A DNA stretch of 63,084 nucleotides, counting the filler, from Octopus bimaculoides (lineage: Eukaryota): NCBI RefSeq assembly GCF_001194135.2. It is 8 parts of 8 records of this genome, joined end to end, with 100 filler letters (N's around TTAATTAATTAA, not from the genome) between each part and the next. Parts side by side here need not be neighbours in the genome. Positions count along the whole stretch, not along the records: positions 1 to 17,128 come from NC_069007.1; positions 17,229 to 28,644 come from NC_068985.1; 6 more parts are not named here. One strand, 5' to 3'. The position numbers and the translations under genes are program-made. The notes beneath the pieces were generated by a model, which had not been told where the DNA came from, made no database searches, and saw only the letters and a program-made list of their open reading frames with translations. Positions 10,525 to 20,351 of this stretch are shown here, one piece after another; within the stretch, counting starts at the first letter, position 1, and every line of letters starts with the position of its first letter.

Positions 10525-11814
10525 TCATGTTTCATTATTAAAAGGCTTCTCTCCACTGTGTATTTGTTTATGCTTATTCAAATGACTTTTACAAATAAAT
10601 GATTTCTCACATGTTTCACAATGATAGGGCCTTTCTCCAGTATGACTACGAGTGTGAACTATAACATTATATGGACTTGAGAAGGATTTTCCACATATCT
10701 CACAATAGAATGCTTTTACTCCACTGTGTGTTCTTTTGTGAGCAACATAATGTGACTTTTCATTGAATGAATTACCACATTTTTCACAAATAAAAGCTTT
10801 TTCGCTTGTGTGTATTTTCTTGTGAAGTACAAGGTGAGTATTCGTAGCAAATGATTTTCCACATACTTCACAGTGGAAGGGTTTTTCTCCAGTGTGTGTT
10901 CTTTTGTGAACAACTAGATGTGTCTTATCAGTGAAAGATTTCGCACATATTTCACAACAGAAAGGTTTTTCTCCGGTGTGAATACCCATATGGGCAACAT
11001 ATTTAGAATGATGCACAAAACCTTTCCCACAAATATCGCAGTGAAACAGTTTTTCCCCAGTGTGAAATCTTAAGTGAACTTTTAATTTACTATTTGTGAT
11101 AAAACTTTTCTCACATATTTCACAGTGGAAAGGTTTCTCTCCAGTGTGAATACGTATGTGAGTTACAAGCTGTGCGTTCTGTGGGAAAGATTTCCCACAC
11201 ACTTCACAGTGGAAAGGTCTTTCTCCAGTGTGAATTCGTTTATGCCGTATTAACGAACTATTCTCAATAAACGACATTCCACATATTTCACAGTGGAAGG
11301 GCTTTTCCCCAGTGTGAGTACGTCTGTGGATAACAAGCCTGAAATTCCGAGCAAATGTTTTTCCACATATTTCACAGTGGAAAGGTTTATCTCCGGTGTG
11401 TGTCCTTTTATGCTTTGTTAAGGAACTGTTAGTGACAAAGGATCTTCCACATTCTTCACAGTGGAACGGTTTTTCTCCCGTGTGGCTGCATTTGTGGACA
11501 ACAAGGTGAATATTTTTTGAATATGACTTTCCGCAGATTTCGCAATGATAAAATTTTTCCCCAGTATGCATTCGTTTGTGCCTCGTTAATGTACCACTCA
11601 TGGCAAATGATTTTCCACAGATTTCACAGTGGAAGGGATTTTCCCCCGTGTGTCTACGTTTGTGAACAACAAGATAAGATTTATGATGAAATGATTTTCC
11701 ACATATTTCACAGTCAATCTGTTTCTTCTTCTTGTGTAAACTTTTGTGTTTCTTTAAATCACTGGCATTCACAGAAGTTGTTTTAGAAGTGTTCAAAAGG
11801 TTAACATCGTCCAT
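10525..11814 (-). CDS. Tandem C2H2 zinc-finger protein (ZNF-3), about 429 aa, 14 fingers plus an N-terminal half finger
   Basis: ATG at 11814 (MDDVNLL) is homologous to the paralog starts; the ORF-track start at 11895 is a TTG. Fourteen complete fingers, ending SGEKPFNNET-TGA. Confidence 0.93.
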   Translation of the reverse strand: MDDVNLLNTSKTTSVNASDLKKHKSLHKKKKQIDCEICGKSFHHKSYLVVHKRRHTGENPFHCEICGKSFAMSGTLTRHKRMHTGEKFYHCEICGKSYSKNIHLVVHKCSHTGEKPFHCEECGRSFVTNSSLTKHKRTHTGDKPFHCEICGKTFARNFRLVIHRRTHTGEKPFHCEICGMSFIENSSLIRHKRIHTGERPFHCEVCGKSFPQNAQLVTHIRIHTGEKPFHCEICEKSFITNSKLKVHLRFHTGEKLFHCDICGKGFVHHSKYVAHMGIHTGEKPFCCEICAKSFTDKTHLVVHKRTHTGEKPFHCEVCGKSFATNTHLVLHKKIHTSEKAFICEKCGNSFNEKSHYVAHKRTHSGVKAFYCEICGKSFSSPYNVIVHTRSHTGERPYHCETCEKSFICKSHLNKHKQIHSGEKPFNNET

Positions 11815-12163
11815 ATTAAACTTGAAGAATTCTTGAAACTGAGAAAATGTCTTTGAATAGAATCTCTTATAGTTTGCTTTGTTTATGATAGCCAAATCAT
11901 GGAACTTTGTTTAAATGTTTGGAAAATATATCAATGTATATATTATTTTCTACATAATACTAGAAGAAGGTTTCTTGCTGGTTGGAACATCACCAAGTGG
12001 CACACATATTGCAGACCAAAAGACTTCTATGTCTACGTTAATAGAAGTTATGTAGGCTGAAAACATACATATTACAGGTGGAGACAGCATTCATAGACTG
12101 GTACAAGATATTCCAGTGGAATCTGTTTTTGAACGACGCGTTGTATTGGAACATTCAGCACAG

Positions 12164-12185
12164 CTGTGAAGAAAGAAAATATACG
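12164..12185 (-). promoter_or_regulatory. 3' splice acceptor of ZNF-3 coding exon (exon starts 12163)
   Basis: TATTTTCTTTCTTCACAG|CTGTGCTGAATGTTCC. Confidence 0.7.
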
Positions 12186-12368
12186 ACTGCGTAAGATAGA
12201 GTCTGGAGAACGGAAACACGAGTATAGACATTTCACAAGTAATCAGATACTGTCAGTTTTCAAAGAATATATTTCTAGAAACTAAATAATGTCATTTGAT
12301 GCTTTTAAAAAGTTAATCTAGTATTTAGTAGACATGCCTTGTACAGTTTTTTACTTGTTGAACTTGAA

Positions 12369-12462
12369 GGCGGGGGTAAAGAATACCCGTTTTCGGCGTA
12401 ACAAAAACCCTAACCCTAACCCTAACCCTAACCGCCGGGGATATGTATTCTTTACTTTCGCC
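12369..12462. repeat. Short inverted-repeat element enclosing (CCCTAA)4
   Basis: GGCGGGGGTAAAGAATAC ... GTATTCTTTACTTTCGCC (15/18 complementary) around telomeric repeats at about 12408-12432. Confidence 0.7.
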
Positions 12463-12499
12463 AAAATGAATAAGTATCCGCACAGATACGTATTCATAC

Positions 12500-12686
12500 G
12501 GTACTACTAAAGCAGCGCGGACCCGAACGCGCAGTCGCGCTAGCTAGTCTTGAGTGGTCGATCCTAACCCTAACCCGCGTGTGCAAATGAATACGTGTTT
12601 AGGGTTAGGGTTAGGATCGACCACTCACGACTAGCTAGCGCGGACGCGTGACTGCGCGTTCGGGTCCGCGCTGCTTTAGTAGTACC
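12500..12686. mobile_element. Foldback MITE with inner telomeric repeats and 9-bp TSD (MULE- or Merlin-like)
   Basis: Arms 12500-12576 and 12602-12686 (1 mismatch, one 8-nt indel), GG..CC ends, perfect TSD TATTCATAC at 12491-12499 and 12687-12695. Confidence 0.85.
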
Positions 12687-12892
12687 TATTCATACAGGTT
12701 ATGATGAGGGCTGCTTATGTTTTTGAAATGTCTATGTGTGCATGAAGTTATATTAAATTGTGATCATTCGTCACACTTCGAATGTAAGTTGTGATGGCAA
12801 CACAAATAATACTTACTTTAGGATTAAATGTTACCTAAAAAGTCAAGAAAGTACAATAATCATTAGTTGATGATTAAGACACGTTTCAGTTG

Positions 12893-13125
12893 CGGCGAGC
12901 TGGCAGAAACGTTAGCACCCCGGGCGAAATGCTTAGCGGTATTTCGTCTGCCGTTACGTTCTGAGTTCAAATTCCGCCGAGGTCGACTTTGTCTTTCATC
13001 TTTTCGGGGTCGATAAATTAAGTACCAGTTACGCACTGAGGTCGATGTAATCGACTTACTCCCTTTGTCTGTCCTTGTTTGTGCCCTCTATGTTTAGCCC
13101 CTTGTGGGCAATAAAGAAATAAGAA
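12893..13125 (+). mobile_element. Full-length tRNA-head SINE with Meta-like central domain (family A) and TSD
   Basis: Head GGCGAGCTGGCAGAAACGTTAGCA..GAGTTCAAATTCC, core GGTCGACTTTGTCTTTCATCTTTTCGGGGTCGATAAA, tail AATAAAGAAAT. TSD ACGTTTCAGTTG at 12881-12892 and 13126-13137. Confidence 0.85.
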
Positions 13126-13137
13126 ACGTTTCAGTTG

Positions 13138-13620
13138 GCCGGGAAAGCGAGGAACAACAAATTAACATAGTTTCTGATGAAAACAAAATATTTATTCCTT
13201 CAGGTGATGGAACACCGACCCTATTACATCATATCAATAGATCTAAGTTAATTATAAACATTAAGATTCACCTTAACATGAGTTAATCACTACATGTAAT
13301 ATAATTAAATTACCTGAAATACACCAAGTTGGCTGGGTCTTTGATAATTGATCTCTCGCCTGAATGACACTATCGGTGACGTAAGTTAAGTGTCCCTAAC
13401 ACAATTTAATACACTTTAAAACATGCTTTAGCTATATTAATTTGCGCATTCATTTATGTCCAGCCTATGGTCTAAATCAAACATACATCACACGACAAAA
13501 ATTGCTAATTATTTAAATAATTGTGGGGAAAACGAAGGAATACAAATTCGGAAGAGCAATTATAGAAAATACAAAAGTTAAATTGGCTTGCCCGAAACGA
13601 AGAAGTAAATTCTTCCAAAT
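13138..13620 (-). promoter_or_regulatory. Conserved upstream block of ZNF-3 (putative first exon/promoter)
   Basis: Homologous to 4229-4500. Donor TTCAG|GTAATT with exon end at 13314. The distal motif AAATACAAAAGTTAA..GAAACGAA at 13567-13602 recurs at 4663-4700 and 9011-9048. Confidence 0.55.
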
Positions 13621-14446
13621 AGATTAGATTACGCTTTCATCACTTATTTGTTTCTCTTTTCTTATTTTCCACTTATTCTATCCCTCTCCTTTGCTGAACC
13701 GCTAAGTTACGGGGACATATACACACCAACATCGGTTGTCAAGCGACGGTGGTGGTGATGTGNNNNNNNNNNNNNNNNNNNNNNNNNNNNNNNNNNNNNN
13801 NNNNNNNNNNNNNNNNNNNNNNNNNNNNNNNNNNNNNNNNNNNNNNNNNNNNNNNNNNNNNNNNNNNNNNNNNNNNNNNNNNNNNNNNNNNNNNNNNNNN
13901 NNNNNNNNNNNNNNNNNNNNNNNNNNNNNNNNNNNNNNNNNNNNNNNNNNNNNNNNNNNNNNNNNNNNNNNNNNNNNNNNNNNNNNNNNNNNNNNNNNNN
14001 NNNNNNNNNNNNNNNNNNNNNNNNNNNNNNNNNNNNNNNNNNNNNNNNNNNNNNNNNNNNNNNNNNNNNNNNNNNNNNNNNNNNNNNNNNNNNNNNNNNN
14101 NNNNNNNNNNNNNNNNNNNNNNNNNNNNNNNNNNNNNNNNNNNNNNNNNNNNNNNNNNNNNNNNNNNNNNNNNNNNNNNNNNNNNNNNNNNNNNNNNNNN
14201 NNNNNNNNNNNNNNNNNNNNNNNNNNNNNNNNNNNNNNNNNNNNNNNNNNNNNNNNNNNNNNNNNNNNNNNNNNNNNNNNNNNNNNNNNNNNNNNNNNNN
14301 NNNNNNNNNNNNNNNNNNNNNNNNNNNNNNNNNNNNNNNNNNNNNNNNNNNNNNNNNNNNNNNNNNNNNNNNNNNNNNNNNNNNNNNNNNNNNNNNNNNN
14401 NNNNNNNNNNNNNNNNNNNNNNNNNNNNNNNNNNNNNNNNNNNNNN

Positions 14447-15278
14447 GAAGCCAATCCACGCACAACCTTTCGAGAGCTTGCTTCTGAATTAGACGTAACG
14501 TATACGACAATTTCCAACCACTTAAAAGGGATCGGAAAAACAAAAATACTTGAGAAATGGGTGCCGCGCGAATTGAACGACAACAAAAAGAAATGCCGTT
14601 TTGAGGTGTCGTCTTCCCTTCTTTTACGCAACAAGAACGATCCATTTCTCGACCGGATTGTGACTTGCGATGAAAAGTGGATTCTTTACGACAACCGGCG
14701 ACGCTCAGCTCAGTGGTTGAACGCCGACAAAGCTCCACAGCACTTCCCGAAGCCAAAACTGCACCAAAAGAAGGTCATGTGACTGTTTAGTGGTCTGTGG
14801 TTGGTCTCATCCGTCACAGCTTTTTGGATCCAGGCGAAACCATTACGTGAAGTACTGTCAGCAAATGGATGAAATGCATAAGAAACTCCAACAACAACAA
14901 CCAGCATTGGTCAACAGAAAAGGACCAATTCTTCTCCACGACAACGCTCAGGCGCACGTCGCCCAACTGACCCTGCAGAAGTTGAACGAATAGGGCAACG
15001 AAACTCTGCCTCATCCGCCATACTCACCAAAACTACCATTTTTTCAAGCATCTCTTCCTGCTTGAGAAATTCTTCAAAAACCAAGACGAATGCCAAACAC
15101 ACCTTCATCGCCATCAGAGCGCAGGATTTTTAGGCTAATGGCATAAACTTGTTTCGTGTTGGCAAAGGTGTGTTGATTCTGATGGTGTTTATTTCGATGG
15201 ATAAAGTTTTGTTTCAGCCGAGATATGTGCATTTGAATTTAAAGGTTAAAAACCGCAGGAACTTTCTTGACAACCTAA
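14447..15278 (+). mobile_element. Mariner transposase pseudogene with right TIR
   Basis: [21 protein letters not shown] and HPPYSP motifs, with stops and frameshifts. Right TIR (reverse complement TTAGGTTGTCAAGAAAGTTCCTGCGGTTTT) followed by TA. The 5' part is hidden in the gap. Confidence 0.92.
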
Positions 15279-15457
15279 TAGATCCACTGGTGTCAGAGGT
15301 GAGGTTTGAAACCCTACCCTCAGGTGGTAGAATATAATGAACTTAAATTGATTTAAACGATTAAAAAAAATTGATGAACTAACAGATAATGAACAGTAAA
15401 AGCGTAACTGCCGAAGAGTGAGGCTCATGTAAGACGTTCTTCTTCATTTTAATTATA

Positions 15458-15589
15458 CAAGGTGTCCACGAAGTCTGGTCTACATGGAGTAAATAAAATC
15501 ATAACTTAAATAAACAATTAAATATAAGAAATAATAATTTCTTGAAGTACGTGTTAATCCCCATGGACCCAGACTTTGTAGACACCCTG
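15458..15589. mobile_element. Tc1/mariner-type MITE
   Basis: TA|CAAGGTGTCCACGAAGTCTGG ... CCAGACTTTGTAGACACCCTG|TA. Confidence 0.85.
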
Positions 15590-15892
15590 TATATATATAT
15601 TTCATTCATTGTTTTGTAATTTATGTCCCCACTATGTTCGGGCCTTTGTGTCTAATAAAGAAATAAGTACAACTAATTAACTAATTTGTGAGGTGTTTAT
15701 AGAAGTTTACAAGTATAGTTATTATTCTATTTCGAGACCTTTGCAAGTTACTTTTTAACAGCTTCATCCATAAATTTAAAACGAAAGTGGTCGTATTAAA
15801 AGAAAAAACGTCAAACCTTTTAATAAGTAAAAATAAAATACTAATTTGTCATTAAACAGATTATTTAATAAGTGACTTTAAGCATTCATATA

Positions 15893-16102
15893 CAGTAATC
15901 CCTCGACTATTGCGGGTTTTACCTTCCAAACCCCCACGAGATAGGTAAAAATGCCCGAAGTAGAAATAGTACTGTACTGTATATTTTTTAAAATTATTTT
16001 TTATAATTTGTATATATTTGTTTTATTATAAATGCAAAACAACACGACAGAGGAATCGACGTAAGCTTGAATAATAAACAGCGATTTGGCGAGGGATTAT
16101 TG
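15893..16102. mobile_element. pogo/Tigger-type MITE
   Basis: TA|CAGTAATCCCTCG ... CGAGGGATTATTG|TA. Confidence 0.75.
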
Positions 16103-16188
16103 TATTCGATCCGCTTTATCAGGATAGCCAGCCTATTTTTATATTTACCAGATTGTGTAAGTTTCATTAGTTCCACAGGTAGGATTAC

Positions 16189-16224
<36 letters not shown>

Positions 16225-16282
16225 ATATATATCCATTTTACCCGAAGTAAAATGACGGAAAAATCGGATCTTGTGAAAGCTA

Positions 16283-16665
16283 ATTACTCATTAGTTGGTG
16301 ATTAAAACATATTTCCGCTGTTCGGTCAAGCGTGAAATAACCAATTAACGATTTAATTTGTAATGAAAACAAAATATTTAACCATCCCAGTGATGGAACA
16401 CCGTCCCTGTCATATCGTATCAATAGATTTAATTTGAATATAAACATTAACATTCACCTTTTACACGAGTTAATTACTACACATAATATAATTAAATTAC
16501 GTGAAACACACCAAGTTGGCCGTCACGTTGATAATTGTTCTCTCGTATCATTGACACAACCGGCGATATGAATTAAATGTCCATAATATAATGTAATACA
16601 CTTAACGCATTTCAATTATATTATCAATTTACTCTTTCATTTACGTGAAACCTATAATGATCAAA
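16283..16665 (-). other. Orphan fourth copy of the ZNF upstream block
   Basis: Colinear with 12860-12880 plus 13140-13490 and with 4229-4500. No acceptor or ZNF exon is visible downstream on the minus strand before ZNF-3. Confidence 0.7.
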
Positions 16666-16794
16666 TCTTCGTCTCGCAGTCCTCCTGCATGTGATAATAT
16701 CCCATGTATGGGAGGGGGGGGGAGGAGATATTCTGATAAAAAAACTTGCAGTCAAAACGGTCCAAGTCATCTTGCAATGCTTGTCACTAGAACC

Positions 16795-16990
16795 GGTAAT
16801 TCTTCAGATGAACACCCGCACGATCTTCACTAGGGTGTTGGGGTGTTAGGGTTTAGGGTTACGGTTTGGGTTAGGGAATTCCGTCCCTAACCTTAACGTA
16901 ACCCGAAACACTAAACCCTAACCCTAAAACGCTAACCCTGACCCTAACACCCTAGTGAAGATCGTGCTGGTGTTAATCTGAAGAATTACC
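16795..16990. mobile_element. Second foldback MITE with telomere-like repeats
   Basis: 50-bp TIRs GGTAATTCTTCAGAT.. (3 mismatches). Degenerate TTAGGG (left) and CCCTAA (right) repeats meet at GGAATTCC. TSD CTAGAACC/GTAGAACC, or a perfect TAGAAC if the ends are CGG..CCG. Confidence 0.85.
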
Positions 16991-17228
16991 GTAGAACCTT
17001 CTATTTCGACCGAGAGACTGGCCAAAGTATTGTACAAGCTGTTGCCACTGTATTTTACAGGGAAGAGTTAGGATTTGTTTGGGGGGGGGGGGCAAAATAC
17101 TAAAATACTACATAAGGTGGGAATTGCANNNNNNNNNNNNNNNNNNNNNNNNNNNNNNNNNNNNNNNNNNNNTTAATTAATTAANNNNNNNNNNNNNNNN
17201 NNNNNNNNNNNNNNNNNNNNNNNNNNNN

Positions 17229-18258
17229 AAGAAGAAGAAGAAGAAGAAGAAGAAGAAGAAGAAGAAGAAGAAGAAGAAGAAGAAGAAGAAGAAGAAGAAG
17301 AAGAAGAAGAAGAAGAAGAAGAAGAAACAACAAAAGCTATAAAACAAATGAAATCCAAACTAAAACTAGAACAGCAATGGACCATGATAAAACGATGGCA
17401 AAAAAAGCTCCTACATGGTAAATACTGGGCTAAACTGAGTGCAAAAGAAATAGACAGAGAAAAATTCCAGCAATAGTTGAGAAGCTCAGGACTCAAAGCA
17501 GAGACTGAACGATTTTTATTTGCTGCACAAGACCAAAGCCTCCCGACCAGAAATTACCAAAAACATGTAATGAAAAGAAACATAACAAGTAACTGTAGAA
17601 TTTGCGGAGATGGACAAGAAACAATAAATCATATTATCTCTGGATGCCCAGTCCTGGCTAAGAAGGAATATATTCACAGACACGACAGAACTGGGACCTA
17701 TATACAATGGAAGCTATGCCAACACTATGGAATAACAACAGAAAAAAGATGGTATAAACACACGCCAGAAAAGGTCACAGAAAGCAACCATACTCTGGGA
17801 TATGCCAATACACACAGATAGAGAAATTATGGCAAATAGACCAGATATAGTTGTCAAAGACCATGAAGAAAAAAAATGCTTTCTAATTGATGCATCAATA
17901 CCAGTAGATGACAACGTCTCTCAAAAAGAAATGGAAACACTTTCAAAATACAAAGACCTGGGAGTAGAGGTAATTCGAATGTAGAATCTAAAAACAGAAA
18001 CAATTCCTATCATAGTAGGTGCCTTAGGTATAATAAAAAAAATATTCAGACAAATACATAACAAAAACACCAGGACTTACAAATATATATAACATACAGA
18101 AGATTGCACTACTGGGCACAACACACATCCTACGCAAAACACTTTCAATACAGTAACCATAAGAGCACCACAGCAAACCACAGCACATACCCAAGACGCA
18201 CAGAGCTGCGCTTGGTACTGAAGTGAAAACACGTTATAAAAATAAAACTACTGAACAA
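17229..18258 (+). mobile_element. R4/Dong-type non-LTR retrotransposon, 3' fragment (RLE endonuclease)
   Basis: LKAETE..FAAQDQSL, CRICGDGQETINHIISGC zinc knuckle, HD..W.LC, RPDIVVKD..LID (PD..D). Stop at 18154-18156, 3' UTR, then (AAT)n. Confidence 0.88.
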
Positions 18259-18436
<178 letters not shown>

Positions 18437-18459
18437 TCCCCTGATGAAGTACCCGTCAC

Positions 18460-18937
18460 TGGTTCTCATGGCTTATGATCTTAACTGACATATCATGTAC
18501 ATTGTTTTGTCTTGGTATAAGCGATGACCTACAGCAAATATTTTACTCAATACCACAGATCTGCTTTTCAGTTGCTTGATGTTAATCAGTTGAGCTTTCT
18601 CTTAGTGGCTGACGATATGTGCATCTCTGATCGCGAGCAGAAGTAGTGGGGGAGCATGGTAGCCATGTGTTGAGAAGAATTCTTTGGGATTTGAATAATT
18701 CACCCCTGGAAACATGCGTGTTTCATTCATTATCCTTAAACAAACTTTATTCAGGGATCTGGACCCCACCTGCAAGGTCATGAGCTGTCTTTCACGATAT
18801 GAGATCAACATGTCAAGCAGATATGGTAGTGATGCATGTGCCTGGTGTACCCTTATCAGACAAGTAGTCATGATGGGTATACTGGGCTTCGTATATTTTA
18901 CACCAGTGTCACTTTGATGACATGCACTGGTCTCTCA
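18460..18937 (+). repeat. Interspersed repeat family E (about 480 bp, non-coding)
   Basis: A second highly similar copy lies at 42925-43405, embedded between (AAT)n arrays. Confidence 0.8.
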
Positions 18938-19960
18938 ATTGCTTGGATCGATTATCCAAAGGCTTGTGACAGTATTTTCCGCTCGTATATCCTGGAAAAA
19001 CTAGCCGTGAAGAACGTAGCAATAATAAAACATATAACACATGCTACGGAGAAATGACAAACAGTGCTGCAGCTCCAGAAAAAAAATAAAGGGAGTAATA
19101 AAAATCTGAATTTACCCCTATTTGAAGGGGAACATTCAAAGGAGTCTCGCTCTCTCCACTCCTGTTCTATCAGAACCTGGTAACTTTAGGTGACATGATA
19201 AATTGAGTTGGCTGTGGATGCAACTGCTGTAGCAAAACAATCAACAAACTCGCTACCAATTCAGTGAAGTATAACATCTATAAACTTCTCACAGCCCGAA
19301 ATGCAGACTCTGGAAAGTGTATGGAAAATATGACCCATTTCGTAAGTGGATGTGAGAGCCTTGCACAAAAAGAGTACAAGCGCCACCACGATACAGTGTG
19401 TATGTATCTTCATTGGCTCTTATGCCATAAATACCAATATGAAGAAGAGAAAACTGGTATGAAGATGTACCACGTAAAATTTTGCAGGAGGATGGAGAAA
19501 AAACGATACTCTGGGATTATGATTTTCAGACGGATAGTGTAATCGAATACCGTCGGCTGGATATTGTCAAATTGAATAAGAGAGACAAATGCTGTCAGGC
19601 CATTGATGTAGCCATACGAAATGACATAAATTTTGTGAGTAAAGAAGATGAACAAAATCACTAAGTACTCCGAACTGAAAGTGGAAATGGCAAGATTGTA
19701 TGGAATGCGAGGAGGTAATGTAAAAGTTATACCAGTGGTAATCGGAGTGTTAGGCTCAATCCCATTGAAACTTCAAGACTTTTTAAGGCAACTGGAAATA
19801 CCATGCAAGATTGATGTCTTGCAAAAAGCAGCCTTATTGGACACAGCGGACAACTTAAGGAAAGTATTATCTGTCTGAGGTCCTTGTCGTGACTTGATAG
19901 TCTTTTAAGACTCCGGTGCACAAAACTCCGATTCTTTTTATTTAACTCAAGAATGAATCT
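18938..19960 (+). mobile_element. Second R4/Dong-type LINE, decayed and internally deleted
   Basis: IAWIDYPKACDS (RT), FKGVSLSPLLF (QGDSLSP variant), HFVSGCESLAQKEYKRHHD, ILWD..TD..IEYRRLDIV..IDVA, KITKYSEL and VIPVVIGVLG. Stop at 19876-19878. Confidence 0.85.
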
Positions 19961-20262
19961 TACCAAATCTACTCGATCTGTTATGCTATAGAGATGAATG
20001 GAAATATCTACAAGCCTCATTATTTTAAAGAATTGTTAAAAATTTCAACTTAGAGAAACAAATGTGTTTGGATACCAAAATAATGTACGGCCAAACAATC
20101 ATAAAATATGTACTTAGTTACAATTAGGAAAAAGAAATTAGACGCAGCCAACGAGGCATGCAAATTGTTACACAGAAAATGTAAGAGATGAAATACAAGA
20201 CGCTCACATTTCACATGCACTCACATTTCACATGCAGATACACGCTTAGACACAAGGAATGT

Positions 20263-20263
<1 letters not shown>

Positions 20264-20348
<85 letters not shown>
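20264..20348. repeat. (GA)n microsatellite; representative of many (CA)n, (TA)n, (CATA)n, (CTAT)n, (GAT)n and (CTA)n arrays across 20-62 kb
   Basis: Direct reading. Confidence 0.95.

Positions 20349-20351
<3 letters not shown>

Noticed and set aside
10716-11786. Alternative-frame and antisense ORFs over the ZNF genes (also 2062-2343)
   Set aside because: Shadows of the periodic finger-coding sequence.
11815-11895. 27-aa N-terminal extension of ZNF-3 in the ORF track
   Set aside because: It starts at TTG. The ATG at 11814 aligns with the paralog starts and this segment is homologous to their 5' UTRs.
12408-12615. True telomere or chromosome-fusion site
   Set aside because: Only 2-4 repeats, contained within TSD-flanked inverted elements inside an intron.
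17173-17184. TTAATTAATTAA islands inside N runs (also 28689, 41478, 43491, 46618, 58728, 61765)
   Set aside because: An identical 12-mer with stops in all six frames, centred in 44N+12+44N. This is a scaffolding linker, not biology.
18437-18463. CTGATGAAGTACC half-hammerhead
   Set aside because: The GAAA half is absent because the sequence passes into repeat family E.
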